64,000 bases of DNA. Origin: Octopus vulgaris. Lineage: Eukaryota. Below, piece after piece: positions 12,602-27,470 of the stretch. Within the stretch, counting starts at the first letter, position 1; each line of letters starts with the position of its first letter. Below the pieces are notes generated by a model. That model saw only the letters and a list, made by a program, of their open reading frames with translations. It did no database searches and was not told where the DNA came from. The translations under genes were made by a program, and so were the position numbers. Location of the stretch: positions 17,360,001 to 17,424,000 of the forward strand of contig OX597822.1 in assembly GCA_951406725.2 (NCBI GenBank), written 5' to 3'.

Positions 12602-15348
12602 GTCTTCAAGTTGGCTTCTGTGATTACACTAATCATTACAGTGTTTTTCTTCAGTAGAAAAGAATAGAATTGCTCTCATGGTATTTATCCTATTGATTAT
12701 CTCTATGTATATTGAAATACATTTTGCTATTGATTAATGATTTCAACAGTCATTTTAGTCTTCAAAAATGTTAAACATAAGAAAATAATTTCAATGGAAA
12801 GAATAAATAAATAATGAACAGATATATAGATTATTCATATTCCAAGACAATATTGTTGAGTCTTAGTCATCAGTTTCTAGTAATCCTAGCCATAAATCAT
12901 CTTTTTCGGCTACAATGCTCATCAATATCAATAAAGATGCAAGCTATTAAATTTATCAAAAATGATATATTGAATTTTTTTCTCCCACCAACAAAAATTG
13001 CTGTAGAATTGTCAAACACCTTACAAATAAAAAGTACATTTTTCAAAATTCAATACGTAGCACAATTTCTCCAACCAATTTATTGGATTATAATTTAAAC
13101 TGGTTTGTTTCCATCAAGATAATATGGCAGGAATTTGATAGAGTGATATATTTAGGTATGTTGCTAACATCGATTTACAACAATGATTTTTGTCAATTTA
13201 TTCATTTATGTTCGCTTTTTTTTTTTGTTTTTGTAATATGAAAAACTTAATCTTTATATGTATGAAAAACCTATTGGATGTATATAATCAAATTTTAAGG
13301 CTTCTTTTCCAGCAGAACATAATTCAAACTTTTTGACATGCCTAGTAGTTATTTTTCATCATTTCTCTTAGAACAACAAAGAATATTCAATGAATTTGTG
13401 ACCCACGGATTATTTAATTATTCATAACAAAAATTGGAACTAAAAGCATTTAAAAACTTCAATATTGCAAATATCATTAACAATTTGCCAATATAATCAT
13501 GCTTCTTTATGCTAAAACACATTGTCTTATACTGTTCCTTATAATGATGCAAATAAAGTGGGTTTCGCAAGTAGATTAAGTTATAGTATATTAAGAATAA
13601 TAAAGAGATAATTGTTCAACTGTATATCTATTCAAACATCTTTGTAGAAAGTATCTGTTCACATAGAAAATATATTCTCTCTTTCTCTCCAAGTGATTGG
13701 CATTAGGAAAGACATCTAGCTGTAGTAACCATGCCAAAGCAGACATAGCTTCTGGCTCATCTGTTCTTGTCTAACCATCCAACTCATGCCAGCAGGGGTA
13801 AAAAGGATGATGATAATAATGATGATGATGAAGCTATGATATATGCGCATATAAAGGTTTGGTGATACAAGTTGGAAAACAGGACTCAAAACATGGGTAT
13901 ATTTTCTTAATGTTAATAATTGTCAAAAGTTACAGAGTAACTCAAGGGCTGAGAGTACTGTGTTCGATAAGAGCCCATGCATGAAACTCTTGGTACTTCC
14001 ACATCATCAAAATCTCATAGCTACAACATAATTCATGATAAATTCAAAGCAATGTGAATAAATAAGCATTACATTTAACAGCATAATCTGAATGCTAAAG
14101 AGTTAAGAGAGCTTGTGTTGTTATGGGATTTAATTACATGAAGTTTGAGAACTCATGTTGTAACTCAGAAAAATTGTGAGCTTTTCATTTCAAAATTCTT
14201 TACGAGTTGTGTACAAATTTAGTACATTTACTTAATCTATTTAACAATATAAAAAAAACTGGTTAAAGTGTGCAAAATGAATATCAATACTCACTTCTAA
14301 AAATTATAATAATAAATATTTCAAGTCCATGTATTAACTTGAGGCTAATGTTGCTTTTTGTCATCAAATAATAACCAATAATATACTGAGTGGTAATACA
14401 TGATCATAAAGGGTATCTGCATGGCTGCATTTAATTTCCCTTTAAAGCAAAAAAAAAAAAAACACCAGCCCTGTGCTTGGTAAAAAAATAAATAAATAAA
14501 TCTTAATGGCAATACTGCTGCATCACATAGCACCAACAGACTTTTGCTTTTAGGAATAACACCAGTAGACAGTTCCCTGGTGTAATACACATTAAGCTAT
14601 GTACACGGGATATGTTTAAAGTTATATAGCTTTGTACACAACCCTTCTAACTTTCTTACGCAGACAATTCCCAGACAAAGGTCATTTTGTTAACAGTGAA
14701 ATTGCAGATTCTAATTTAGAGTCACCTTGTTTAAACTTTATGACAGTTGAGTTACATAGTAGAGCTGATAGCTGTTTTAGGCTAGAGAAGTATTACTTTG
14801 CATGAGTAATACTTATATATAGAGATTTAGTGAGCTTATTTACTGAAAATGAAATATAAAAGCATAACCAATTTAATAAGCAAATGTTATTTTTAATTGA
14901 AGAGTTTAAAATAATTTTAGCTTTTCAGTAGTTTACATAAGAAAAAAGGAAGAAGAATGCAAACACATGGAACCTATTAGTTTTATGTACATTACTTCAA
15001 TATTAATTTTCTGGCAAGAGGCATCATTCAAATATTGACACATCTGTTTACAAAAATGCTAAATATTATGGTTTACTTTTTACATTATTTTTCTTCATAC
15101 ATAATCACTTCTCAAGATTTATATTTTCCATAATATATCATTTCTCAATTATTCTAAAATTGATCATTATTTGATGGAAATTTTCTTTTACTTCACTGTA
15201 CACTAAAAATGTGTGTAATAGATCTTTGTAAATAAAATTAAGCTTCTTAGCTCGACATGACAAGAGTCTATGCAAAGAAGTTAACAGAAAAATACGACTG
15301 TATAAAATTACAATTTAAAATCTCTCAAAAATGTAAAAAATATCTTAC

Positions 15349-15522
15349 CTATAGCAGCTTTGCCCCAGATTTCTACAACAAATTCCTGAGAATTGTTATT
15401 TGTTTTATTACTTTTCACAACTGGGTTTTCTACTTTCCATTGGGGGGCTTCATATCGTGCTTCTTCCCCATTTTCAAATTCTTCCCCCCATGGGTTCCAT
15501 TCAGGATCATCACGTAAAATAT
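15349..15522 (-). CDS. RXYLT1: Internal coding exon of ribitol-5-phosphate xylosyltransferase 1 (TMEM5)
   Basis: Flanked by an acceptor (ttttgtaaattccag) and a donor (GTAAGA). 174 bp, phase 1/1, open frame xILRDDPEWNPWGEEFENGEEARYEAPQWKVENPVVKSNKTNNNSQEFVVEIWGKAAI(G). EWNPW and (V)xIWGKAAIG match the motifs I recall from vertebrate TMEM5/RXYLT1 (EEWNPWE...VQIWGKAAIGLYLW). Confidence 0.88.
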
Positions 15523-16194
15523 CTGGAATTTACAAAACAAATAATCAATATCTGAAAATAGCTAAGACAACAAACACACACACACAATTAAAAATTATAC
15601 TTTGATTACAAGCTTTCAAACAAATAAAAGAACTTAAAAGTCAAAGTGATAAATCAACTCACTACTTTACCTTCATTAAAAAACAAATGTGCATAGACCA
15701 GTTAGTAAGCACTTGTGCAATTTATATTATCTTGAAAATTTATAGCTTTATAATTTTGTTAGAAAGGCATTTTGAAAATACTTTAAGGAATGAGGATTGT
15801 GGTTTGATGGCCAAGAAGTCTGGAAATCATGGTAACTTAATAAAGGTTGCCCACCACTCACAAAAAGAAAAAATTAAAAATTAAAGAAGGGATCTAAAAA
15901 TGTTCACCCAATCAAAAGCAAATTAAATATATTCAAGTGAAGTATTCACAAGTAATCTAAATTTTGCTTTAAGGAATATTAATTTTTACATTTTCTTAGG
16001 TATGTACAGGCAACAAATGCTGACACATTTGTAATACCCACTTTTTGCATTTTAGATGGTTAACTGAGATTAACTGCCCATCCATTTTTTATCATGTTAT
16101 TCAAGGAAAAGAGCTTTGTTAACAGAAGCTGATAAAGTTCAAATCACTAACAATATTAATTTTATGAAATGAAAATTAAGAAAACTTTTTTTTT

Positions 16195-17120
16195 AAATCT
16201 CCAGAATGTCAACTTTTCAAGCATTTAGAAATTCAGAATCCTTCTACGGATGGTTTTATATTTATTCCTTTTCTTTTATTGTTTTCATTTCATTGAATTG
16301 TGACCATGCGGAGGTGCTGTCTTCATGTTTTTTCTTTATTTCATCCATTATATTTTGTCTGGAACTTATTTGCGTGTGTAGGTTGTGCCAGTTACGCGCA
16401 GTGATGCGTTGAGTACAGACATGAAGACTGTGCTGTGAGATTTTTCGTTTTAGGTCAAGATGACCAAGCACATTGAGCAAAGATACTGTATCAAATTCTG
16501 TCATAAGCTTGGTGGTATGCAAGCCCAGATTATTGAGAAGATTCAGAAGGCCTTTAGAGATGATACTATGGGAAAAACATAAATAAAGGGGTGGTACAAC
16601 TGGTTCAAAGATGGCTGCACCTCAGTGAGCCAGTGTAGCAGACTATCAACTAGCAGAAACGATGAAATTATTGCAAAGGTTCGAGGAATAATCTATGAAG
16701 ACTGAGGTGGTGAAAACGACCTGACCTGTGGGCAGCAAAGAATCGAGAACTCCACCATAACAACACACCAGCTCACATCATCCAAGCATTCCTCATGAAG
16801 CAAAACACACCACTTGTTCATCAGGTTTTCTACTCCCTAGACTTGACTCCGTATGACTTTTGGCTATTCTCAAAGCTCAAAAAAGCACTCAAAGGGAGAA
16901 GATTTGAATCAACATAGGACATTAAGCAAAATTGAATGGCACAACTCTATAGCAACCAAAAAAAGTGATTTCCAGAAATGTTTCCAGCAGTGGCAGGAAT
17001 GCTGGCAGAAATGTGTAGACACCCAAGTCAAATACTTTGACTGAGACTAAATCAAAATAGTGAATTTTTAATATTACTTTTTTTTTGACCAAACGTCAGA
17101 TACTTTTTGACTACCTTATA
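16195..17120 (+). mobile_element. Internally deleted mariner transposon
   Basis: From ATG 16460: MTKHIEQRYCIKFC..LG...IQKAF..WYNWFKDG. After the deletion: KRPDLW..LHHNNTPAH..YSLDLTPYDFWLFSKLKK..FQKCFQQWQECWQKCV. TIR-like end cagatactttttgactacc followed by TA. Confidence 0.85.
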
Positions 17121-19877
17121 TTTAGTCAATTTTTGAATTAAAAACCAAATTAAATACATATTCTTGTAAAGTATTCAAGAGGAGGCTGGGAACTAAACTA
17201 ATGATATGCAAAGCAAAATGTATGCCAAAACATTAAGTATAGAAACAAAATGAGAAAATTTATTGAAAAAGGAGCTTCTTCAGATATTTTCCATGAATTA
17301 ATATTGGAACTAGAAATGAAACAAGTGTTAAGAGAGATTTCTAAATAAAGCTCATGAATCTAATGCATATTTAAGTGACTGTATACATTCCGAAAAGAAA
17401 CACAAATGGTATTTGAGACTAATCCTGTCAAATGTGATACAAACATTAGTCTATAATAGATCTGATATGCATAATACCATTTAAGAATAAGTGAAATCTC
17501 TGATTTAACAATTTACTCAAAGAGAAATAGAAGCATTAAACTAATGATATTACATCTATATTGCAGTTGGTAAGAATACAGAATCTTTACTATAACAAAT
17601 AAACAAGTAGTCCACATTCAAATCACATTAACAGATCCAAAATGTTTTTCTTTGTTTGTTTTTATATAATTGTAAACTCATTTATTTGATTAGTTCAGCT
17701 TATCTCTAAAATATCAGGCAAGTACAATTAAAACTGAAAACAGCCTCTGCTCTTTAAGCTGTTAATAAAGGCTTTTAATTGAAATTGAACAGTGTATTTA
17801 ACTTCTTGGAAAAGGTGAAAACAAAAACAAAAGAAACTTGAAGTACTGCATTAGAAAATTATAATTTTAATTCAATGGAATTTTTTCCTTTCAAAGTTTT
17901 ATCTTTTAGATATCCCAATCTTCTTTATTAAATCAATGCATGCATTAAGACTAGTCTGTAAAGTTAGAGGAAGGTTGGACAGATACTGCTGCATATGATA
18001 TTAGAAAATAAACTTCTCTTTTCCCTAAACAAAAGGTTGTTTGTATATGTGAGCAAAAAAATGTGATGTTATGTGATTATGACCTAAGAAATTAAAAGAG
18101 GATAATGCCATTTCAAAAAGAACAAGTTTATTGCAATTCATATGAATCTAGCTAACTGATAACTAGTTAGAAAAGAAACAGGAAAATGGATGAACAGAGT
18201 ATTGTAGTCAATTGTTGAATCAATAATAATACGTTTACAAAGATGGTAGTAATGTATATATTATAAATCCAGGCCAATGTGGAAACTGGACAAGAAGAAG
18301 GGCATGATTAATGCAATTAACAAAAAGTAGTTTTTAGTTTTTGACAGAATAATAGTATTTTTCAGACTCAGCAACTGTTAAGATTTCTAGTTTTAAAATA
18401 AGAAAATATTTTTCAATATTTTCTAGCCATGTTAAAAAGATGTTACTACATGTAACTGATTTGAAAGAAATGCTAAGAGCAAAGAGTTGATTACACAATG
18501 AATTAAGAACAACAACAATAATTATTATTCATATTTAGTCAATAGATTTCTTGTTTCTCTTTCACAACACTGTAGAGAAGAAAGGGCAGCGAAAGTGATC
18601 TTTTCAGAGCCTTGAAAACTGGAGGGACGAAAAAAAGTTTTCATAACAGAAGTGCTGGCCAAAATGCTTGCAACATAGAGGATTTTGTTGAAAGGCATCC
18701 AACAGCTAGGTAGTCGTGTTAAGCCAAATACCATTTTAAAGTTACTACCTATGAACATAACACTTGTTAAACCTGCTGTCCAATCAGCTTGAACCTGAAA
18801 CTATGGTTGTGGAGCAAAATGTCATAACCACATGACTTTGCTTATTATATCTAGACTTTAGTTTGAAATAGTAAAATCTTACCATTTCTTTCTCATAATA
18901 CATTACAATATAAAAGAAAAAGTAAAAAGAAAAACCAAAAATAAGAAAAATATCTTGAGTTGGTTTTAGAAATGGGAACACAAACAGAAAACAGTAGTTT
19001 AAGCAAGAAAGGAAATTAAGAATAATGAATACAAGTTACAAAGAAAATTGTTTAATGAAATAATAAGGACACCTGTTTGATTTAACAGCATTAATTACAG
19101 TGATGAAAAGTCCATAAGGAATTGTTCGAAGATGAGAAAACATTTGGCAATGACAAAAGTGAAGTGATTTTTAATTAATGATTCCCACATAGATACTTAT
19201 GTATCACGCATAAAAAGCATGAGTAAAATAATTTGAAAGAAACCTCTGATGGATATGAACGATATTTTAAATACTGCACGAAAATATAGCATGTCTTACA
19301 AAAAGTGATATATGGAGGTAGGAGATCACAAAGAAGCTAACAGTGAAAGTGATAGGAAGAAAAACAAACAGTAAAAATGTATAAAAGATATTAGGAAAAA
19401 AAAGATAAAGAAAAGGTATGGAAGCAGAATTTATATTCGTTCTCTTTTACTATCAGAGAATTGAAAGCATAGAGTAAATAGATTGCATTTCCTTAAGAAG
19501 ATCTCTACAGTAAAATAGAACATGAACACCTTTGAATTTAAAACCAAGCAAGATGGGAAACATATTAAATGCTGTTTGACATGTTAGTTCAATTTTCTGC
19601 TGTTTCAAAAACTCACTGCTCAAAACATCTATATCTACAGACTATAAAATAAAGTCAGCTCACAGTAAATTAAAATGGAAATACAAGAAAATCTGTAAAT
19701 CAAAATGAATTTGTGGAATTCATGAACTAAAATGAAATAAAATCACCAAGTATTGTAACTTATGTAATATAACTCAGCTCTTTCTGAAATATTGCATAAG
19801 TCATTACTATATTTTAACACTGCAATTCATCCTTGAGTCTCAAATGACATTTCACAGATATATTTCAAACAAGCTAA

Positions 19878-21060
19878 ATCATCATCACCATATCTTCACC
19901 ATTTCATGTCCGTTTTCCATGCTGGCATGAGTTGGACGGTTTGGCAAGAGGTGGTGGTCAGCTGGAGAGCTGCCCGGGCTCCAAGTTTGTTTTCTATGGT
20001 TGGATGCCCTTCCTATTACCAACCACTTTACCAAGTGTACTGGGTGCTTTTATGCAGTACTGGCATGGGACCTTTTTATGTGGCACCAGCACCCATGAGC
20101 CTGCAAGATTAGGAATGTTCAGCTGAAGAAGGATGCAGGAGACATGTCTGTATGCAAGGACAACCACATATTTACTTAGCTTGATGTGCCTTCTGAAGCA
20201 CAGCAAACTGCCAGAAGTCTCAGTCCTCAGTCATCCCCTCAGTGAGGCCCAACATCTGAGATCCTTTCTCATCACTTTCTTCCACGTCTTTCTGGGTTTA
20301 CCTCTTCCACATGTTCCTTCCTTTATTAATGCTTGGAAATCTTTGATGTGACTGTCTTCATTCATAAGAATTACATGGCCATACCAGTACAGTCTTCTCT
20401 CTAGCACACTGCATCTGAAGCTCTGTATTCCTAGTTTTTCTCTTAAATCACCAATACTCTGTCTTACACGCACACTGACCATACCAGCTTCATTTCTTTC
20501 AAGCCTTCACATATCCTCAATAGTCACAACCCATGTTTCATTGCCATATAGCATAGCTGTTCATACACAGGCATCATGCAATCTGCCTTTCACTCTGAGG
20601 GAGAGGCTCTTTATGACTAACAGAGGAAGGGGCTCTCTGAACTTTGTTCAGCCTATTCTTATTCTAGCAGCAATGCTTTCGAAACATACCTCCAAAGGTA
20701 TGAAAACTGTCTACTACTTCTAAGGATCTCCCTTGACATTTGAGGGAGTCTATTTTATGTACATTCCCGGAGTTTAATGTAACTGCACATCTTCCACATG
20801 TAAGTCTTTCTCTGTTAGTCTTCCAGTGATACTACTGCACCTCTTATGTGTCCATAGATTGCACTGGGTACATTGTAAGGAGTTTCTCCCAACACCTTTT
20901 CTACATATTGAGCAGGACCATCTCCCTGAAGGAAACTGTGCCTTGTCTGTTTTCCTACTTATTAGGACTTTGGCCTTTGCTAAATTAAAAGGTCCTTTGA
21001 TTCCAGGCCTTGGTTCCATACCTGAAATTCCTTTCCTAGTTCTGGTAGTGATTCAGTGGT
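19878..21060 (-). mobile_element. RTE LINE 3' fragment including the PHD-like finger
   Basis: ORFs WSCSICRKGVGRNSLQCTQCNLWTHKRCS and ERRLYWYGHV..GRGKPRKTW. Tail at 19880-19940. Confidence 0.9.
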
Positions 21061-21274
21061 AATCAGAATTTGATATATCAGAATTTAATAAAACAAACAA
21101 TCCATTGTTGTGAGGTCAAGACATTCACTTTGAAATCACTGCTTCTGGGTTCAGTTGTATTGCACTGCACTTTGGGCAAGATTCTTCATTCACCATAGAC
21201 TCCAGTTACTGTGTATGAGACTTTAATAGATTATTTTATGCAGAAGCAAATTTCTACACACACATACGCGTGCA

Positions 21275-21319
<45 letters not shown>

Positions 21320-21737
21320 AAAAATTTACAAAAGTGTAACTACCTTAAAGGTGTTTATATCACTAAAGACAAGTAACACCTCTAAAATTAGGCTATCAAA
21401 TAAAGATTGATAAAATGAATTACTACCATAAAAATACTGAAAGATGATAAAAATAATTCGTCCAAACCTTTGAAGGCAGTGCTCATTCACAGCAACATTT
21501 TTATGACTCAAATGATAAAATTATACTTGAGGTTCAATATTTTCATTTTGGCAGAAGATTCTTAGATAAATTATATCCGATCTCAGAATATAAATTAGAC
21601 TAAAAACATTTTAAAGTAGGTTATTTTAATTTCACCTCAGTTATATTATAATTTATTAAAGTACAACAAAATCTCAATTAACTACCTAAGAACACACAAT
21701 GGGGTCCTAATAGCTATATGGTCTGCAGGAGTGAAAT

Positions 21738-21824
<87 letters not shown>

Positions 21825-22599
21825 GAGAAAATTTAATAAACAAATAATTTATTTGCTTCATCTACCAAAAATAACAAAATTGCTTTCTTTATGCCATCTT
21901 CCATTTCTATGTATTTCACAGTAGACATTGAGGGATTTACACACACATACACCAATAAAAGTTTCATGTATATGTGTAGGTATTTACTTATTGAGAATAA
22001 AAAGGATGAAAAGAAATATCTATTCAAATTTTATTCCATAACAACTCAGTAGTAACACCAATCAATAAATAAAATCATGTGCACAACTTGCTTCAAAGAA
22101 AATTAATTTGTAAGCAAATTTAGAAAGTTGTTTACATATTTTAACATTAATTTTGTTTATGTATTTGAAAGTTTTAGCCTTTTGATATTTCTGAAGAAAA
22201 TGCCAGTCTATTTAAAAAGAAAAAAACCCAAATTTTTGTGGAATGTTTAAGGTCAAGAATGAAAGCAATATTAAACATCAGCTAAACACATACACATAAC
22301 ATCACAATTAAAATTAAATAAGTTTCCTTAGTCTTTAAAAGTTCCATTACTAATGATCTGATCATGATAATAGCCTGGATTTTGAGACTCAAAAGTTAAT
22401 TACAAAAACTTGTATTATTCATTAAGTTTGGCAAGTAGATGAATTTTCCTTGCCAAAGGGCGTAAGTTAAATTCTCTGCTAAAGGTTAATTTTATGAATG
22501 AACATTTCAGTCATTCAGTATACTAACTGCTTACATATTATATTTCAGCACAAAGAAAACAAAAGAGAAAGTTTTGTGTTAAGAGAAGATTTTTTTTTT

Positions 22600-23480
22600 T
22601 TTACTTAGTGAAAGAAGAGTCGTTTCCATGACACTTGCAAGCTGCAGTTGATGCTCAGCTCCAGCTTCGACAAGCTAAGATCAGGCAGTAAGAGCAATAA
22701 TTAATGCTAGAGGTTTTGCTTATCAGTAGTATAGTCTTATTAACTTTCTCTATGATCTTTCTTTATGTAGCTGTACCTCCATTCTTGATATGTGAGGACA
22801 TATTAAATTCACATCTAAGCTTAGCAGTATCACCAACTGATGATAACGGGTTCTAAAGACAGCTTTATCCTCGGGATGTAGTTTTGGCAAAACTATATAC
22901 ATGTGAGGCTAATGTAAAAGATCAATCAGAGATTGTAAGCTGTAATATATTTATAGGGATTTTGAGGGTTTTAGTTGCATGTTCTTTGTGTGTAGGAAAT
23001 GGTGTGATGAGCAAATTTTACCATGTGTAACAATTTTGATACAACCAAAGGAAATTGGAGTGTTATATCCACCTCGGAGGACACTTTCAAGGCGTTTTTT
23101 CCCATTGAAGCAATGTAAGTCTAGTTTGAGATGTCTAGGCTAGATGTGAAAAAAAAACACCTGTGTGTTGGAAGTTGACTTCACCTGCACAGAAGGGTAT
23201 ATTGCTTGAGTTGATAGGGAGAAGAATCTCAATCTGAAGAAAAGTAAGAGATTTAACCAAACCTTTGAGTACACCAGAGATATTTCTTAGCTTTAACACG
23301 AAAAGGAGCAAACATGGTAACATTATCAGATGGAGTGCTAGCTACTAGAGCTACTTTTGCTGAGTATTTGGTAGAATTTCATGATTCAAAAAGAATAGTT
23401 TCCTTTTATGCAGAGAGGATGAAGTAAGTCAGAAGGAATGTTAAGGCTTGCATGGATTAGTATATACTCCACTCTCAAGG
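22600..23480 (-). mobile_element. Highly degenerate CR1/Jockey-like RT remnant
   Basis: Reverse strand has only weak echoes of ISKVxExLV..QYxF..ST, GVPQG and xSFADD. A T-run lies at the left end. Confidence 0.35.
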
Positions 23481-24401
23481 TTGCAGAGGAATAAACATTT
23501 GAGTAATAGAATATAACTTTTTGCACTATTTAATTATATCCCACCAGTTTTTAAGCTCAAATTCTGCTGGAATCAATTCTGGCTTTTATCCCCTCTGGAT
23601 CAATAAATAAATATCAGACATGTATGTACTTGATGTTACCACTAGTTCAATCAATTATTTTCCTCTCCTACAAATTGTTGGCTTTGTGTCTTTATAAGAA
23701 ATCAATATTTTAACAATTTAGAATAAATTCAACCTATATTATAAAGTAACCTACACTTCTAAGCACATGCACGTTATTGCTGAATCACTATTCAAATAAA
23801 ATATAATTCTTTAATAGTCTGTAACCAGAAAATATTGTTTTCCATGCCAAAAGTTTTCAAACACAAGAAACTAGAAAAGAAAATAAACAAATTAAGAAAT
23901 TATATCTTGTATAAAATTTCATAAGATACATTGTTTGAATATCATTTTACTTTTATTGCAGCTAGAAAGACAAGAAACTGTCTATTGAATATTGAGCAAC
24001 TGCGAGTCGATAATTTATGAATGGGCTTTAAATTTTTACTGAATAGACTTAAATTAAATAATGATTCTTGTGTGTTTGAATATTAGATCAATTAATGTAA
24101 CTGACTGCAACTCAATAGTAATAGTAAACTAATTATTAGTAATTAGTGGATACACAGTCAGCATAAATAACTTAAACAATTTAACAATGTAATTAATTTA
24201 CAAATAACTAATACAAGATATACACAATACAACTTTTCAACAAAATCTTCTAGCAATAATTATTATAAAAAACTTCATTTAATTAACTTACAATGGTCTA
24301 AAATTAAAATTTCAAGTTCCAACAAAGAAATTATAATTAAGATTCCAACTTACAACATAAAAATTCAGTGTCAATAATAAACTTTTGAAATTGTATGCGC
24401 A

Positions 24402-24443
<42 letters not shown>

Positions 24444-26599
24444 TTTTACATTCATTTTCCATCTTATCATTGGATAAATTCTTTGTAACAAGACTTTTTC
24501 AGGACCACTTACATTTTATTTCTACACGACTGGAGTATTGTATACATTGAGTGATTCAAATGACATTAAATTTTGATTCAAATGTTCTCTTTAGGCACCA
24601 TACACACAATATTAGAGGGAGGTTTGCATGGTTACAAAACCTGCTAGATATCTTCCTACCTAATGAGAGAAGAAGGGCACATTTAAAAAACGTAATACTG
24701 GGTACACTGTGCTTAGGAAGAATGCAGCATGATTGAAATACCTTTCAGAATGGATATCCTTTTGATTTGACTTAAGACTAATCAATAACTTATATGGGTT
24801 AGGACTGAACTTACAAACCAGCCCAGATTAGTAACAGAGGGTTTTATCTACTACTTAATGATTTCATGTGATGGCTATATCTTAGTGAGTTTTAAGGTTA
24901 TTAGCTCAAATCTCAGTGAAGATGGCCTTATTACTGTAATGACTGCATTAAGTTTATTGATAGGGTTTCAAGCACTATATGCACTACCATACCTTTTGCA
25001 TGCTACATATTTTCTTAACAAAGGTAACTTTATTCAATATCACACTCTGCCATCTTTCTTCTTGTTTTCTCTCTCATTATCAAAGCTTACAAGAAATGTG
25101 GTTATCATCTTGCCTAACAGAAACATGTGTGATATTATAGTAAGTAATACTTTAAATTACTTAATATTTAATTTAATAGTCTTGCAATGCCCTTATAGTG
25201 TAAGGGTATTCTATTTTATAGAATATTATTTATGCCTCTCTCTTTCCTCTGTCAATTTTCTTATGGTTCATTTAGTTCTAACTTCAACCAGGGTTGATTT
25301 TTGCCTTTCAGTAGGGTCAATAGAATAGGTACCAGTTAAGAACCAAGATCAATATAATCCACCATGTCTCATCTCCAAATATATGGTCTTGTATTGTTAA
25401 AAATCAATATCTTTCTATAAAATATAAACAGTATAATGATCTTAGGTAATGTGACCAATATTTGTTCAAAAGAAGATACCCTCTTGGTGGCATATTCTGT
25501 TGTTAGAAGTTTAGCAAAGGACTATACATGCAACAATGTTGTAAACATGTTACTTTGACATGTTAAGGAAAATAAAGATATAGTTTTGGTAGAGCCTTAA
25601 AATGTTCAAAACACCTACTTCTTTTTGTTAAATAGGAATGTGTTGTGCTTTTTTTTCTTTTTCATTCTACATAGGCTATCATACTGATGCATGGAGTTTG
25701 TATGGCTTGGAAGGGGTTGGGTATCTCAAAGCTGTGTTCTCAAAAGAATCCTATATAGATGTTAACCATCCCTTACACTAGTTAGTACACATTATCTAGT
25801 CATATGTGAATTGTTCTAATACAAAAGTTCCAATATATCCATCAAGATGCTTAGTGCCTGTATTAATATTGCAATATTCTTTTTTGTTTTAACTAAAATA
25901 AAACAGTAAAAAATTTAAAAAATAAATTTCTATGACAGTATCTACTTTAATAATACACATTTCTAGCCGCTAACTTTAAAAATGGATGTAAAATTGTACA
26001 GCTAAGAACTTTAATTGGTTTATATTTGCAAATTCCATAATTGAAATACATCTTTTTTTTTTTTCTTTTCAATTTCCTTTTCTTAATGTAGAAATTATAT
26101 TTCACTGAATGATTTATCTCTGGAAATTGAAATAGCAGAATCATTAACTAGAATAGAAAGTGATATATTTAAATGGAAGAGAGGAATATGAGAAACATAA
26201 TAGCAATGGTAAGATGATGGACACTTTTAACAATTTTCTATACCAAATAAGTAACACAGACAATGAAAACACATTAGATAAAAATAACAACTACTAATTA
26301 GCACCAAAATGGAATTTTAACAGTTTTGATCAAATATATATAATTATCATATTTTCTTTGATATGCTGCCTTGTAGCTTCCATTATTAAGAAAATATGTA
26401 ACACGAGCAAGGTGAGAAGGTGCATATAGTGCTTAGAATCCAACAATAAACTGAGTACAATCTTTAGCCTATTAGTCCAATAAGATAATCATTATTGAAA
26501 TGAGAGCTAATATTTTAAAACTTAACTTTGATACATAACAAACCATTACAATATCCTGAAATACATTACTATAATACATTACTATCAGACTATCATTCT

Positions 26600-27470
26600 A
26601 ATATTATTTTAGTTTAATATGCAAGCACAGTTAGTAAAAAATTTCAAAATTTGTAGTTTAATCTGCCCTTCACTCTGAAGATAAAAATCTTTGTTGCTGA
26701 CGGTAGAAGCTCCCTGAATTTCTTCCAAACTGTTCTTACCTTGGCTACTGCAATATATTTTGGAGCCACTACCTCCCCTGCTAATTACATCTCCTTGGTA
26801 ACTAAATCTGTTAAACACTTACGAGAGTTTATTTCTGGTGTGCTCAGAGTACATACCACTCCAATATATCAGTTGCAGAAAAACTTTACTTTCTCTGTTA
26901 GTCTGCCTGTGACTCCACTCCACATCTCATGTCCATGGTTTACATTGGGTACAGCATATGGAGTTATATTTTACCCCTTTTCTGAATAGTGAGCAAAGCC
27001 ATTCTCCTGAAGAGACCAAGGTTCTACAAGCTAAAACCTCAGTCTTTTCTAGGTTCATCTTCAGGCCTTGAGGTTCTAGGCTTAGCTTTCATGACCAGAA
27101 TTTACTCTCTAGCTCCCCTGGAGATTCAGCCTAGAGAACTAAATCATTAGCATATAGGAGCTCCCATGGACATCCAGGCTTAAACTCCTCTCTGATGGTC
27201 CCATAAGATTATGATGACTAGAAGAGGACTGAGGGACTATTATTATCTTTGCACTAAATCCATCACTGACATTGTTATCAACTCTTACTATATTAACTGC
27301 ATCTTTGTACATATCTTGTGCAGCCCTCACAAGCCACTCATCCACACCCAGTTTCCTTCGTGACCACCAAATTAATGAACATGGTACTCCTTCAAATGCC
27401 TTCTCCAAATTAATGAAAGCCAGGAATAGCAGTTTATTCTTAACCAAGTATTTTTCCTGCTTTTGCTTCA
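26600..27470 (-). mobile_element. RTE LINE internal RT fragment
   Basis: QEKYLVKNKLLFLAFINLEKAFEGVPCSLIWWS..KLGVDEWLVRA, and LLYANDL (YADD equivalent). Confidence 0.85.

Noticed and set aside
14660-14770. Candidate RXYLT1 exon 3 with a GTAAG donor
   Set aside because: Stop codon in the required frame and no LYLW/HI motif.
18784-18981. Hydrophobic ORF with a GTAAG donor, considered as RXYLT1 exon 1
   Set aside because: Low-complexity T-rich sequence. The donor is phase 0 in the open frame whereas phase 1 is needed.
22835-22880. CTGATGA as a possible hammerhead (similar isolated hits near 29053, 4480 and 39841)
   Set aside because: No correctly placed GAAA/NUH with pairing stems.
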